NCBI GenBank assembly: GCA_977018835.1
Contig: OZ361259.1
Coordinates: 434,001-498,000, forward strand
Direction of reading: 5' to 3'
Source of the DNA: Minutocellus sp. GHC0000111
Taxonomy: Eukaryota
Length of the DNA: 64,000 nucleotides
The position numbers and the translations under genes were made by a program. Shown here in pieces: positions 10,790 through 22,625 of the stretch (within the stretch, counting starts at the first letter, position 1; each line of letters starts with the position of its first letter). The notes below the pieces were generated by a model. It was not told where the DNA came from, did no database searches, and saw nothing but the letters and a program-made list of their open reading frames with translations.

Positions 10790-11982
10790 TTACTCAAGAT
10801 TCTTGGTCTTGCGATAGCACTCTCCCCAGGCGCAGATTTGCTTGGTCCGGAGGATGCGATGGAAATCGGATATATCGTATCGGCCGGCATCTTTCGTCTC
10901 ATCCCTCAAAGCCCATCGTCTTCCATCAGCTTCTTGGCGCACCCCACCAGCTCGGCGGGCGATCCCTCTCGATAGGTTTGGACGGGATACTTGGTCTCGG
11001 TCTGAACAATCTGTGCATCGGGGACAAGCTGGCAGGTTGTCTGTAAGTAAGACACCATTCGGATAATGTCGGCTTCCGTTACCATCCCCTCCTCGGCCGA
11101 TGCGCTGTCCTTTTGTAACGCACTAAAGAGAAGACGTACGCGATTGGTCACGTCGCTTTGCAAGGCAAGCGATAGAACTGTAAACAGCAAAGGTAAGGGA
11201 AGCTGCCGCTTGATCGGGTCACTTCCCAGCTCGGATGCATCGGAAGCACTACCACCGATGGCACCCTCATTCTGCTTCTCTAGCTCAGCCTCCTTCTCAA
11301 TGGCGGCAATGGCCACCCGATCAATCAAATGTCCCAGCTGAATGGTAAATGCCTCACCCTTGAGGCCCCTCATGGTCGTCATGACGACCGACACAAAGTC
11401 CTCATACGATGCCTGTCCACTGGGGAAGGCTGCGTAGACATCGGCCATGATTTTCTCATATACCTCAACAGTCAATTCGGAATTGGCCACGCGCAGATCC
11501 TCAATCTCCAGCGGATCCAGCAGGGAGTGATTCTCGATGTAATCTCGCAGGGCCGTCCGGTTCGACGTGGCTTTGGACGATCGGACGAGGGCCAGGATGA
11601 TGGCACCGATGGCGCCCAGAAAAATCTTGCCGATGTTATCAAGAAAGATATTGGGTTCATCGGCCGCCGATTTCTTTTTCTGGTCTTTTTGGCCCTTGCT
11701 GCTTTCGCTTTCTTTGCTGTTGGTGCTGGAGCTGCTGCTGGCATCCGCAGTTGCCGCCGCGGCGAATGTTCGAACTGTTGGGACACCAGCGACTGCAGCA
11801 AGTGGTCTTGACGTCAGGGCATGACACGTGCTGGAAGTGGACGAAAGAGTGCGCTGATTTGTAATCGAGGGAGCGCTATTATTGGCGCATGCCATAGAAG
11901 ACAATGATCGGCATATCTCCCGTCGGATGGAGGTGGCGTTGGCTGCCCGCTTGGCGGCAGTTCGCAGGAGAACGGACGTCAT
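10790..11982 (-). CDS. Probable mitochondrion-targeted membrane protein of unknown function, frameshifted near the C-terminus
   Basis: R/S/A/T-rich transit-like N-terminus (MTSVLLRTAAKRAA) and one TM helix. The ORF stops at 10906, but adding one T at 10908-10910 continues it as LRDETKDAGRYDISDFHRILRTKQICAWGECYRKTKNLE* (stop 10790-10792). Confidence 0.6.
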
Positions 11983-12121
11983 GGTTTGCAGGTTGCCCAG
12001 TGAAAAATGGAAAAGCAACGCAAATGCATGAATGGTCTGTCCGTCGCGTCAAGAATTAATTGTGTTCGTCCGTCGTCGGGATCCATCAAGCCAGCTCAAA
12101 TTTCCAGCCTTCAAGACAACC

Positions 12122-13642
12122 ATGAGATCGAAGAAGACGGTCACCGTCGCCGCTGCTGCCGCTCTCGCAGCGGCAACTACCCTACAGCAATTCCCATCAG
12201 CGCATGCCTTCCAATCTTCACCTCAGTATCAGCATGTGCCAAGCCACGCTCACCGCATTTCGGCTTTGCACGTGGTCAGCGACCCACCATCCATCTCGGA
12301 CGTGACCAGCTCAGCCGCCGACGAGGACGTCGTCAGGAGCCGATCACCGCTGTCCATGACGGTGGACGAGCTGGCCGCAGCTTTGGGTGGACGCGGTCGC
12401 GCCCTGGCGGCGTGGGACATGTATCGCATCGGTGTAGACCCACTGACTTACTATGATGCAGCAAAGGAAAACATAGATGTCGACGCAGCAGTCTATCAAG
12501 TTGTGGCGGAGGGTGCTTGTCCACAGTTGAGCGAATTGATGAACATGGAGAATGATGATGAGGAGTCAACATCGACCAAGCGAGGTAGTATTGTGAGCTT
12601 ATTGCCTGCCAAGAGACGGACCGAGGGGTTGGGCAAGGGCGCGCTCGAGTTGCTGGCTGACTTGCACAGCAAGGCCGCATCACCATCAATTGCTGCAACA
12701 GGAGGAATTGAAGAGACCATTGGTAGATTGTCGCACATCTCCACCAGTAACGATGGAACGACCAAGCTGTTGATTCGAATGGCATCCGACGGGTTGGAGG
12801 TGGAGACCGTCATCATTCCATGGTACGACCGAGAGAAGCCTCGATCGACTCTCTGCGTCAGTTCGCAGGTGGGATGTGCCCAAGGCTGTACGTTTTGCGC
12901 CACCGGACGAATGGGCCGATTGCGAAGCCTTACCAGCGACGAGATTTTGGCGCAGGTTTGGTATGCTCGCAAGGTGTGTCGTGTTTTGGATATTCCCTCG
13001 GTGGACAATATCGTTTTCATGGGCATGGGAGAGCCAGCTGATAACGCCGAGGAGGTTGTCGTTGCAGCAGAGGCATTGGCGGATCGGCAGAGGTATGAGC
13101 TGGCACAGAGTCGAATCACCATTTCGACCGTGGCGCCCAATCCAGAGGCATTCGCAACATTGGGCAAGGCACCGGCGGCATTGGCGTGGAGTGTCCATGC
13201 TAGCCAAGATGAATTGAGAAAGAAGCTGGTACCAACAACCAAGTACAGCATGGAGGAGCTTCGCCTTGGTTTTGTGGAGGCTCTCAAGGCCCGTTCCAAG
13301 AAGCTCCGAACGACCATGCTTGAGATTGCGCTCATCGATGGAGTAAATGATGGTATGGAGGAGGCCGATCATCTCGCTGAGTTTGCTCTCAAAATATGCG
13401 AGGATGTGCCAGGTGCAAAAGTGGTAGTGAATCTGATACCATACAACTCCATTGATCATCCAACGTACCGCAAGCCTACAGAGGAAGCTGTCGCTGCCTT
13501 TCAGAAACGTTTGATGGAGAAGAATGTGATGGTGTATGTGCGAACGACCAGGGGAGATGACGAGAGTGCCGCCTGTGGACAGTTGGCGACCAAGAAGAAA
13601 AAGAAGACGATGAAGCAGCAAAGTGCGGATGCGGAAAGCTAG
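12122..13642 (+). CDS. rlmN: Radical-SAM RNA methyltransferase, RlmN family, probably plastid-targeted
   Basis: [20 protein letters not shown] (CxxxCxxC), [14 protein letters not shown] and [15 protein letters not shown]. The N-terminus has a signal peptide followed by an AHA-F cleavage-like site. Confidence 0.9.
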   Translation: MRSKKTVTVAAAAALAAATTLQQFPSAHAFQSSPQYQHVPSHAHRISALHVVSDPPSISDVTSSAADEDVVRSRSPLSMTVDELAAALGGRGRALAAWDMYRIGVDPLTYYDAAKENIDVDAAVYQVVAEGACPQLSELMNMENDDEESTSTKRGSIVSLLPAKRRTEGLGKGALELLADLHSKAASPSIAATGGIEETIGRLSHISTSNDGTTKLLIRMASDGLEVETVIIPWYDREKPRSTLCVSSQVGCAQGCTFCATGRMGRLRSLTSDEILAQVWYARKVCRVLDIPSVDNIVFMGMGEPADNAEEVVVAAEALADRQRYELAQSRITISTVAPNPEAFATLGKAPAALAWSVHASQDELRKKLVPTTKYSMEELRLGFVEALKARSKKLRTTMLEIALIDGVNDGMEEADHLAEFALKICEDVPGAKVVVNLIPYNSIDHPTYRKPTEEAVAAFQKRLMEKNVMVYVRTTRGDDESAACGQLATKKKKKTMKQQSADAES

Positions 13643-13731
13643 CTTTTGCTGGGATAACCTAGCCGTTTGCTTTGTATTCTAGCTACGTAGTAATTGAAGC
13701 TACATGCTTGGATCTGTCCACAGCTGAATTA

Positions 13732-14530
13732 TCAAAATGGTTCCAATTCTTCAATTGAAACATTGTCTTGTTGCATTATGCGATTCACGGGGACGACGAA
13801 GGGTGGCATCTGTTGACGAGTCTTGATCAGAACGCTGAGGCCCCGCCATTCGGCAAGCATCCGGGGCTGAATAGATTCGATTGTCCACACTTCGTCCTTA
13901 TAGACAACATCATCTGTTTCAAATGACAACACAGTAGCTCTCCCTACACACATTTTGTATGCCTTGTTGTGTACCTTAGGACCTGGTAATTTCTCGACCA
14001 GAGCTTTATAAATCCAGGTGGTGTCGCGTACTTGAGACATTCCCTTACTAGCGGTCTTGAAGGTGCCGTCTTCGAGAAGAAATGTTGCTGGGCCGGCCGA
14101 GGCAGCCGTCATAAGGGAGCGCCTCGCAGACTATATAGTCACCTGCGGGGAATTGGGCGATGAAGTAGGTAAATCCCTGAAACTTGACCATTTTATGGGG
14201 CGTATCCAAAGTTGTATGACGGTCATGGACAAACTCATCAAACATGGGAGTATGGCACCAGAGTCCAAGAATTGCTCCCCGTCACGCAATTTTCTTCGTG
14301 GCAAGCGGGGGTTGTTTGTGTCTGTTTCTGTCTTCTTGCCGTGAGGAGAAATAAACTCGAGATTAGCAAATTTTCACTGCAAGGACGGTTGTAGCCCCGT
14401 TTGGATCAACCACTTCAACTCCTACCCTCTCCTCGTCACCAGAGGCTTCTTTGACGAAAATCCCGATCTTGTCATTCAAGAAGAGATTCTTGACGAGGCC
14501 CTTGATCTTTACTTTCGTTCCTTCCTTCAT
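13732..14530 (-). pseudogene. Hypothetical protein with a G..V.IKGL.....LN..G...(VK.ANL) SH3-like motif; three frameshifts
   Basis: Starts MKEGTKVKIKGLVKNLFLNDKIG at 14530. Protein-like reading continues across single-base shifts at about 14371-14374 (AVK|FANLEF), 14246-14248 (|MFDEFVH) and 14115-14117 (|MTAASAGP). Confidence 0.45.
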
Positions 14531-14719
14531 CGTCAACAATATACGATCGTAGTGTTCTTCAACAAGTTGAGGTAATGAGCAGTATTTTCTAATTTCCACG
14601 CCCACGGTGGTTTTATCGGAGTTTATAGCAGTCAACAATACAATCGTCATTCCACGCCAATGTTCCACGGTGATGGCTCCTTTCAGGATCACCACGTGGT
14701 CACAATCTTGATTTCCAAG

Positions 14720-15339
14720 ATGAGCTACGGTAGCGATGTATCCGACGAAGACTTTGAAGAATTCGGTGTAAATGAGGGGCGTGAGGATGTCACCGCCGGC
14801 AATCCTTTCATAAAGCGAGGTAGAGATGACAACGTCTGGCGCGTGCTTGAATTCTATGGCTTCAGCCGTGAGGCTGTAGAGGCCAAAAATCCCGGCGAGA
14901 GTATCCACCCGTGTTTTGAAGCCAAGGTTAGAAAGGAGGTCAAGAAGAACAAGGACAAGACCAGGGCAGATTTGTTTGGCTCAATCGAATCGTTTGCAAA
15001 CGGTATTCGCAAAAGTCATCACTACGAGTACATCGATGACGAAACCAAAAAGATTTACAGGGCCCCAAAGAGAAGCGTGACGCAGCTTTGGTAAAGGCAG
15101 TACTCAGCTATGGTCACAACTCACTTGATTATGGCTACTGGAGCTTCTGTGCTGGCTGGAGTGGCGAAGGTGAACTTGTTCAGGGATCTTGACCCTGGCG
15201 CTGCCGCAAATGTGGAAAATGTGCTGATTGGAGAGAATGGCATTGTAAAACATGTGACAAATGCCAATACGGAGTCTCCATCCCGTGCGAAAAATGCCAG
15301 CCAGATCGCTACCGCAGGAGGATGGAGAGGGATTATTAG
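14720..15339 (+). pseudogene. Cys-rich zinc-finger-like protein (W.C..C..C.DWREWHC..C.KC.YG.S.PC..C); frameshift plus in-frame stop
   Basis: MSYGSDVSDEDF...SVTQL, a shift near 15087-15092, then VKAVLSYGHNSLDYGYWSFCAGWSGEGELVQGS*PWRCRKCGKCADWREWHCKTCDKCQYGVSIPCEKCQ...* with TGA at 15190-15192 and a final TAG at 15337-15339. The Cys-rich half is absent from the ORF track. Confidence 0.6.
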
Positions 15340-15439
15340 CCAGCTACCATGGTAAACAGTCCGCATTGTATGTATTGTATTCCATAATCAGGTGGTGCGA
15401 AGATTAATTTTGTCCCACATCAAGTTATGGTCAAATCAG

Positions 15440-18400
15440 TTACCACGTCTCATCTTGCAAAAGCTTCCGTACGATCTGAAGGACGCGCTGGCATTGAGCT
15501 ATCATTGCCTCACCATCGCTTGCATCGTCATCGCCGCTACTCTCGATATGCCTCGTCATGACGTTATCGAGTTCCTTTCGCAGTTCAAGAATTAGGATGG
15601 CGCCAGATTTGCTGCCTTTCTCCCCGACCTTGAATTTGAGCCAGCCGTCCATGATGATGGCCGTATCTTTGAGTTCGACATTGCCAGCAAATAAAAGTAG
15701 AGCATATCGAGAAACAAAATTCACCTCGTTCAGATAAATGTCGGCCTGTCCTCCGACTGCGCAAGGCTTTGTATCAACACCGATAGTGCTGTGCTTCGCG
15801 TGATATACGGCATAAGCGTCTTGCCCTTCTTCTTTGGCATTCCATAGCCGATCAGATTGAAAGGATGATGAGCTGGCTTTGCAGACGTCGCCGTCCTTGG
15901 TGATGAGGCGTCCACCGCGCGCGTTGCCCCGCCCTCTCCTTGGTCGCATCAATGTAGATATGTTGGGGTAAAGGCCGGCGACGAGGCAGCAACTGGTGAA
16001 GAGAGCGTCGTCGTGGCAGCCATCCCAGCTATCGGATTTGTCCAAAAAGCCAGCATATATCAACGAATCTCGGAACTGAGATCGCAGACTATGAACCTCT
16101 CGAAGGACGTTGTTGTCCAAGGCATACTTGGATGCAATCTTGCGGCGATCCTTATCTTTGGGTTGCGATGACCATTTGTTGTATGCCGCAACGGCTCCGA
16201 TCAGATCGCCCTTCACTGTCCCTCCTCTCCAATTCTTTCCACCAAAGCCCTCTTCGACCAATTTCTGCTGCATCTCACGGCCTTCTTTGCCGATGACTCG
16301 CGATGGCAACCAAATTGACTTGGGATGTGAAAGGCATGCAGCAATCGTCAATGATGGTTCAACGCACTCCAATACACATCCTGTTATCAAGCATTTGGCG
16401 ACCTTGGCGTCAGTAGGAAGATGAGAGAGATGGAACCCTAGAGGCGTCAATTTGAACACGAGTTCCGGCTCTCTTGCGATGACCTCCAGACCACCAACCT
16501 CGAGTAGGTGATCACAGGCATCCAACAGACTCTTTGTTGGCGGCGGTTCTGGCGCCTGACGTAGAAACTTGATGGGTCTAGTCCCGGACTCGCCGGGACG
16601 CCGGGGCATATTCTCTTCGAGTAGGCAGCACTGCAAGACGAGTTCATCAAGCGGAGTACGAACAATTTCGGGCGAAGTTCGCACTGGCAAGTGTTCATTG
16701 CAAAATTGCTCGGTATAGAGTTTCCAGCACACACCCGGTCCAGTACGGCCCGCTCGGCCTGCTCTCTGAGTGGCCGAAGCTCGGCTCGTCCACACTGTAA
16801 CAAGTTCCTTGATGCGAGTCGAAGAGTTGAAGCGACTTTCCTTTACTCTCCCAGTGTCAATGACAGACGAGGCATCTGGAATGGTAACCGATGTCTCGGC
16901 AACATTCGTACTGAGTACAATTTTCACTGTCCCTGTCTTGGCTCGCTGGAACACGAAACGTTGCTGCGCGGGAGGAACCGTTGAATGTAGCTTCAGGATG
17001 CTGCACAATTTGCCGTCGCAAAGGACAGAATCGTCGGCCAAAACTCTTGCGAGGGCGTCGATTTCACCCTTGCCTGGCAAAAATACCAGGATCGCACCAT
17101 TTTCCCTCTTTCCAGATGAATCCGATTGATTGAGTTCACCGGTTTCTTTTTGCTTTCTGACAATAGCACCGATAAGCTTGCAAATGAATGCATTATCAAT
17201 CCGCGAGGTAGCCCTTGGTGATAGCTCGACCGCGGTCTCCTCGGCCCCTCCTCTAGTCTCAACTCCTCGTTTCGGGCCTTGAGCACCGTCGTCAACGGTA
17301 CTTGACCAACCCTGCAACCTTGCACCGGCAAACTTTTCACAATCGCCGAGCCAATTATTTGTCACCGGAAAAGTTCTGCCTGGAATGGAGAGGACGATTG
17401 GATCGACGGCAAGGGCGGCGCTTCTAAAGTATTGCACAAAGAGATCAGGGTTTGCGGTAGCTGACATCAAGATGATGCGAATATGCTTGTTTCTAGCGAG
17501 GACATTGCGTAGAAGAGTAAGGGCGAAATCGGTGTTGAGGTCTCTCTCGTGAACCTCGTCGATGACCAGGTGAGAAACGTGCGAAAGAGGTGTTCCGGTG
17601 ACGGTGCCCGCCTCGGAATTGGCCTCATCATTTTGTCCGTCGGATGGACAGAGCTCGTTCTCGTCAATCTCTAATGGATTTACCAGCATCCTCAGCAGAA
17701 TACCCACGGTACAATACACAATCTTGGCATCATCCGATACCCTGCGGGCCAAACGGACATTGTAACCAACAACAGATCCATCTGATCCCGGTGTAGGAGA
17801 ATTGCGCTCGGAAGCTACTCGTTTGGCCAGCGACATGGCAGCAACTCGGCGTGGCTGAGTCACAATAATGTGCGTATCATCACCTCTACCTGCCGTTGAC
17901 ATTCCTTCCAGAATCGTTTGAGGGATCTGGGTTGATTTTCCGCATCCCGTGGCGCCGCAGATGACAACAACGCGAGATGAGTCGAGAGCTCTCAATATCT
18001 TGGTCCTATAGGATGCGGCTGGCAATTCCGCTCGAGCCGGCGGCAACTCCTCGAGCTTGTCCAAATGGTCGGCAAATGCTGGGTGCTCAACCAATGACCC
18101 TCTTCCACTCTGCTCAGCTTTACTACCTGGCTTCTTTCCCCGTTGACTCCTTCGCATGGAACGGCGCATCTTCCTCTCGGCATACGCTCGCTTTACTGGT
18201 TCCAATGGATCTGGCACATCAATCGCCTCGTCCTCTTGATCAGCTGCATCGTCTTCACATTCATCGTCATCTTTCTTCTTCTTCTTATCTGCATTTGCCT
18301 CAGCAGTGTGGCTAGTAGCATATACCACGGAACCATCCTTCAGTCCAGCCAAATTAGTCTCCAGATCAATCTCCAGCTTGCTTTTACTGTCAACGTAAAA

Positions 18401-19057
18401 GCATCGCACCGCCTTTTTCTTCATATTGAGCTTGCTCTTTGCTTGCTTGAGCAATTCCTTTACTGGATCCAATCGCTTGAGCACCATTGTTTTGCGCGTG
18501 GATCCCTCCTTCCATGGGTGCAAAGCAGACTTGTCCATTTTGCTGCTCTTCTTGTTCTTCTTATCGTCCTTGGATTTGCTATCCTTGGATGAGGCCTTGC
18601 CTTTGTCAGATGGGTAGATTGCTTCGACCAATACAATTCGCACCTTTTCGGATACTTCGGTATCGCCAGTATCGTTTCCGGCTTGAGGGGCCTTGGCATC
18701 GACATCCAATGCGAGAGATTGCATTTGTTCAGACATATCGGCTACCTCGGCGGATGGTGCATCCTGTGGTGCAGCTGAAACCGCCGCCGACGCGGCATTC
18801 AGCCTCTTGCTCAGCGCCACACGTTCATGTCGCTCGACTAGCTTCTTTAGGAAGCGTTTGCGCTCCTTCTTGAGATCATGTTCACTGAGATCCTTGTCCT
18901 TGTTGTCACTGGAATCGGCAGCAGCGCCTTCACCTCGAACACGCTTCCTTGGGAGGAGTGGGTCCTTGGGATCACGAAGGTCGCGGAGGAGGTCGATGAT
19001 TGCATGCTGATTTTCCTCCGACAACTTGGCACGTCCTCCGCCCTTGATCGAGGACAT
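15440..19057 (-). CDS. DEAH-box RNA helicase (DHX29/DHX36/DHX57-like)
   Basis: GATGCGKSTQ, TQPRRVAA, DEVHER, MSAT, STNVAETSVTIPD, QRAGRAGR, HA2 region (LTPLGFHL) and an OB-fold region; intact 1205-aa ORF. Confidence 0.92.
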   Translation of the reverse strand: MSSIKGGGRAKLSEENQHAIIDLLRDLRDPKDPLLPRKRVRGEGAAADSSDNKDKDLSEHDLKKERKRFLKKLVERHERVALSKRLNAASAAVSAAPQDAPSAEVADMSEQMQSLALDVDAKAPQAGNDTGDTEVSEKVRIVLVEAIYPSDKGKASSKDSKSKDDKKNKKSSKMDKSALHPWKEGSTRKTMVLKRLDPVKELLKQAKSKLNMKKKAVRCFYVDSKSKLEIDLETNLAGLKDGSVVYATSHTAEANADKKKKKDDDECEDDAADQEDEAIDVPDPLEPVKRAYAERKMRRSMRRSQRGKKPGSKAEQSGRGSLVEHPAFADHLDKLEELPPARAELPAASYRTKILRALDSSRVVVICGATGCGKSTQIPQTILEGMSTAGRGDDTHIIVTQPRRVAAMSLAKRVASERNSPTPGSDGSVVGYNVRLARRVSDDAKIVYCTVGILLRMLVNPLEIDENELCPSDGQNDEANSEAGTVTGTPLSHVSHLVIDEVHERDLNTDFALTLLRNVLARNKHIRIILMSATANPDLFVQYFRSAALAVDPIVLSIPGRTFPVTNNWLGDCEKFAGARLQGWSSTVDDGAQGPKRGVETRGGAEETAVELSPRATSRIDNAFICKLIGAIVRKQKETGELNQSDSSGKRENGAILVFLPGKGEIDALARVLADDSVLCDGKLCSILKLHSTVPPAQQRFVFQRAKTGTVKIVLSTNVAETSVTIPDASSVIDTGRVKESRFNSSTRIKELVTVWTSRASATQRAGRAGRTGPGVCWKLYTEQFCNEHLPVRTSPEIVRTPLDELVLQCCLLEENMPRRPGESGTRPIKFLRQAPEPPPTKSLLDACDHLLEVGGLEVIAREPELVFKLTPLGFHLSHLPTDAKVAKCLITGCVLECVEPSLTIAACLSHPKSIWLPSRVIGKEGREMQQKLVEEGFGGKNWRGGTVKGDLIGAVAAYNKWSSQPKDKDRRKIASKYALDNNVLREVHSLRSQFRDSLIYAGFLDKSDSWDGCHDDALFTSCCLVAGLYPNISTLMRPRRGRGNARGGRLITKDGDVCKASSSSFQSDRLWNAKEEGQDAYAVYHAKHSTIGVDTKPCAVGGQADIYLNEVNFVSRYALLLFAGNVELKDTAIIMDGWLKFKVGEKGSKSGAILILELRKELDNVMTRHIESSGDDDASDGEAMIAQCQRVLQIVRKLLQDETW

Positions 19058-19524
19058 AGTGGGGATGAAATGGGGTCAGGATGGAGCTTGTCGGGTCGTA
19101 GTAGAGCCCGTCTTTGGATGCAACGAGGCAACTGCTGGTGGCCCTCCATCACCCCAGCCAGCCTCCGACATCGACAGCGCATACACGGTCTCGTCTTTCC
19201 GCCGGCCGTGCGTGCGCGTACCGAAAGATGCAAAAAAAATGAACCCTGTTGCATACAATTTCTTGCCTACATACTCCCCACCAGATGGGTCTTTCCATGC
19301 CACTTGCAAATGATTTGGCCTTCGAAATCTTGCGGGCGGGAGCGCCATGAGGGCGCGGCGGGATCGCCAGGAGGCAGGAGGCAGGAGGCGCGAGCGGCGC
19401 CTCCTGCCTCATCGCATCCATCATATCATCACTGCTTCGTCAGATACCCATTGCCTTCGTCAGATACCCGTACCATTGGTTCATTGGTTGTACATGCCGC
19501 ATCAGTAATTCATGCAATAGTGCG

Positions 19525-20808
19525 ATGATTCTCCAACTGGGACTTACCGACGCAGACAACGATGGGCCACGGCATGTATTGTCCGTTGACGATGGCGCCA
19601 CGCCGGAATCGGTGGCCCGTTTTGCGCTCGAGGATGCCATGGCAGCCCAGTGGCTGATCAGGGCGGCAATATGCCATCCCATCGCCGCAAGGGCCGCCGA
19701 AAGAGGAGAGAATTGTACCGTACGGTTCGTCTACAACTCGAATACAAATGACAGTACCATCGTCCACATTGTCCGGGGTGGCAAGAAGGCGAATAGTAAA
19801 ACCAAAACCAATGGCCGTCGGAGGAAGCAGCTCAGAGCTCAGAGGACCATACCGCAGCTTGTCATTGAGCTGTGCCTCAAGGATAGTGCACATGAGGGTG
19901 GCGATGCTGCCTTTCCTGTAATGGCCGGTTCACCGCTGGATTTGTTCAGGGATCTTGGCAATCCTCTTGTCCGAGGTTCACTACGGGTGACCAGCGATGG
20001 TTCCTCAAGCCTCGTTGATGAGTATGTTGATGCCAAGATACTGAGAGTTTATCAAAAGGAGGGCTATCCCGATATCGCGTCTCATTGTGTTGAGTTGGGA
20101 ATGGGCAAGGTGCGGAATGGGGCTGATATACTCCTACTCGAGGCGGATTGTGAGCATGTAAGTAAAAATGATGACAGTGACGACAGCTACGACGACAGTG
20201 ATGATGATGATCTCGGACCATTGGCTCGTTCGGATGCTCGATTTGTCCCGCACGTTAGACAAGCCAATGTTCGGAAGGCAAAGCGGACTCCGGATCTACG
20301 GGAACGAATCGAGTCTCCCCCGACACGGAGGGAAATGGCTGCTGCCATCCTTGAGGCTTCAATCGACCCGTTTCAATCCAGGATCATCACTCCTCAAAAG
20401 CTTGACAATGACGAGACCGATAGCATCGAAAGCAGTGGAGATTGGAGCAGCGATGACGAGGATGTCCACCAGCCCAAGGCTGCGCCTGCTGCTTCCAGTG
20501 CTGGCGCTGCAAAGCCAAAACCGAAAAGAGGGACTATCGAAGAGATTAATGACGCAGATTTCAAGGTTCCCAAGAAGCTCGAAGCGAAATTCCATGCCTG
20601 CGAAACAGTGGAGGAAAAGAGAGGTGTCCTCGCTGCTTTCCGAAAGAGAGGACGAGAAGCGGTAGCGAGGAGTGTGGTGCGAAAAGAAGCCTTGAGGAAA
20701 AGTGGCAGCCATCGACAGCTACAATTACAGTCGACGAGAACGATTACTAGTAAAGCATCTACGAGAAAGCGGAAGAGAAGAAAAAGAAAGAGCGAGGCTT
20801 CTTCGTAG
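19525..20808 (+). CDS. Hypothetical protein with acidic tracts and a basic, NLS-like C-terminus
   Basis: 427-aa ORF with protein-like composition between two genes; no family recognised. Confidence 0.5.
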   Translation: MILQLGLTDADNDGPRHVLSVDDGATPESVARFALEDAMAAQWLIRAAICHPIAARAAERGENCTVRFVYNSNTNDSTIVHIVRGGKKANSKTKTNGRRRKQLRAQRTIPQLVIELCLKDSAHEGGDAAFPVMAGSPLDLFRDLGNPLVRGSLRVTSDGSSSLVDEYVDAKILRVYQKEGYPDIASHCVELGMGKVRNGADILLLEADCEHVSKNDDSDDSYDDSDDDDLGPLARSDARFVPHVRQANVRKAKRTPDLRERIESPPTRREMAAAILEASIDPFQSRIITPQKLDNDETDSIESSGDWSSDDEDVHQPKAAPAASSAGAAKPKPKRGTIEEINDADFKVPKKLEAKFHACETVEEKRGVLAAFRKRGREAVARSVVRKEALRKSGSHRQLQLQSTRTITSKASTRKRKRRKRKSEASS

Positions 20809-20906
20809 AGAGCGCATATTTCAATCATCTTTAGCTAATACTTGCTTGGCTAGAGCTACGTACATATCACGGAGTTTAAACGAGCAAAAAGGTGAGTTAT
20901 TGATGG

Positions 20907-22625
20907 TTATTTTTGCCTTTCTGGTATCATTTTGGCACTATTTGCATTCATATTAGTCGGAGAAAGGGGCGGATACAAAAAAGGAAGACGGTGGCCTCCA
21001 TAATCAGCAGAGTAGTACTGTTGTGTCGCTACTGATGACATTCCATTCGGTGCCTGTTCCTGTTGGTGGTGGTGCTGCTGTTGAATATGATATCGGCTCT
21101 TCATGGCATCTATGCTGCTATGCAAAAGGCGTTCCTCTCTCTCTTGCAGCCTGGCTGATAATCGATTGTGTTCTTCTTTTCGTGCTTCAATGTCTTTCAG
21201 GGTTTGGATATTTTTGGCTTCCAGCTTCTCGGCCTCGGCAAGTCTCGCCGCAATGTTTTCCTCCTGTTCGAGAAGGGCTTTCGTTTCATACTCTAGCTGC
21301 TCCTTGAGAGCGCCGAGACGAGTGGCCTCGGCGTTAATGTTGCTTTGTACATCAGCCAACTCCCTTCGCAATGCATCAGCACCTTGGAGCTCCGCCCTTG
21401 CCATTCCACGGCTCTCTTCAAAGTCTGCCCTTTCTTGCGCGAGCTTTTCTTTCGAGTCGATCAAAAACTGCTTGTCCTGCGCCAGCGATTCCCGTTTCCT
21501 TTCAAGCTTCTCTTCGATATCCTGTACGCGGATTGCAAATTCCAATTTACCTCTCTCGAGCTCATCTCTTGCCTTTTGCAACTCACTTTGTTGCTTCCGA
21601 TGACATTGGGCGTGCTCGAGTCTCTTGGTTTCCAGTGATTCTAGGCGGCTCATTAATTTTAAACGCTCATCGTCGTGGACGTCCATTAGACGCTCTCGTT
21701 CTTTCTGGAGTGACACCTGAAGCGAATCCAACCTCGACTGTTTGGCTCCAAGATCGTCGCGCTCTTTTTGAAGCTGAGATTTGAGGTCGGATGCCACTGA
21801 CTGCAACACAGCGACGGCATCTATCACGAGCCCGGAATCCATGGATTCTTTCTGTGCTTGGACGGTATCTTTCTCCTTCTTTATGCGGTCCAACTCTTCC
21901 TCGTGTTTGGCAATAATGGCATCTATCTCGTCTTGATGACGTCGCTTTAGACGTTCTATCACATGGTCATTGGTTGCAGTAGTATGCCCCCCTCGACGGC
22001 CGTGCGCCTTGTAGCAGGCTTGGTCATCACTAATAGTATCGATACCGTGATTGCTTGTGCTGCCATTGCTGTCGATATCTTCTTGCAAAAGAATAGTCTG
22101 CCGGTTGCCGCTGTTGCTGAATATGGAGCTAATTGCCGACGAGGGTCTTTGATATTGGTGGTGAGGGTGGTGACTCGTAGCATGTGACTGGGATGAAGTC
22201 GATGGAGGACCGCTTTCGGTGTAGACAGGCTGCTCCTGAGCTCTTGCTGCTTCTGGTTGTGAGACCCCACTCCCTCTCGCGCCACCATTACTACTTTGAT
22301 TGCGCTGTATTGTTGGTGCTCGTCGATGACTCTCAGGATTACCGCCAGAAAATCTCACTTTCTTGCCGTCGGCACTAGGAGTACCAGTAGTGCTCTTCGA
22401 GTTGTGGTTTCGTCGTAGCACAGCCGAGGTTGGTGGCGCGCTTGCGCTTGGCTCGTGGTCAGTATGGGAGCTTTCAACATCATCTTCTTCGGTGCTTCCT
22501 CCCAACAGTGCGAGAATGTCATCTGCTTGACTGCCACTTCTTTTCGATGATCTCTTATGGGCACCCTCCCCAGCCCTGCCACTACTCATGCCTGGCACTT
22601 CTTGTATTGGTGAGAGTGGAGGCAT
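20907..22625 (-). CDS. Coiled-coil protein with a disordered N-terminus
   Basis: 572-aa ORF with a long E/K/R/L heptad region in the C-terminal half. Confidence 0.6.
   Translation of the reverse strand: MPPLSPIQEVPGMSSGRAGEGAHKRSSKRSGSQADDILALLGGSTEEDDVESSHTDHEPSASAPPTSAVLRRNHNSKSTTGTPSADGKKVRFSGGNPESHRRAPTIQRNQSSNGGARGSGVSQPEAARAQEQPVYTESGPPSTSSQSHATSHHPHHQYQRPSSAISSIFSNSGNRQTILLQEDIDSNGSTSNHGIDTISDDQACYKAHGRRGGHTTATNDHVIERLKRRHQDEIDAIIAKHEEELDRIKKEKDTVQAQKESMDSGLVIDAVAVLQSVASDLKSQLQKERDDLGAKQSRLDSLQVSLQKERERLMDVHDDERLKLMSRLESLETKRLEHAQCHRKQQSELQKARDELERGKLEFAIRVQDIEEKLERKRESLAQDKQFLIDSKEKLAQERADFEESRGMARAELQGADALRRELADVQSNINAEATRLGALKEQLEYETKALLEQEENIAARLAEAEKLEAKNIQTLKDIEARKEEHNRLSARLQEREERLLHSSIDAMKSRYHIQQQHHHQQEQAPNGMSSVATQQYYSADYGGHRLPFLYPPLSPTNMNANSAKMIPERQK

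Noticed and set aside
11983..12121. Very short head-to-head spacers (also 14531-14719, 22626-22866, 54543-54760)
   Set aside because: Probably bidirectional promoters, but this is ordinary in compact diatom genomes and no specific motif could be supported.
14531..14908. N-terminal part of minus-strand ORF 14363-14908
   Set aside because: It overlaps the better-supported plus-strand gene from 14720; protein-like sequence begins only at MKEGTKV (14530).
15190..15192. In-frame TGA as selenocysteine
   Set aside because: The same gene is also frameshifted, the next codon is also off-consensus, and no SECIS was recognised.
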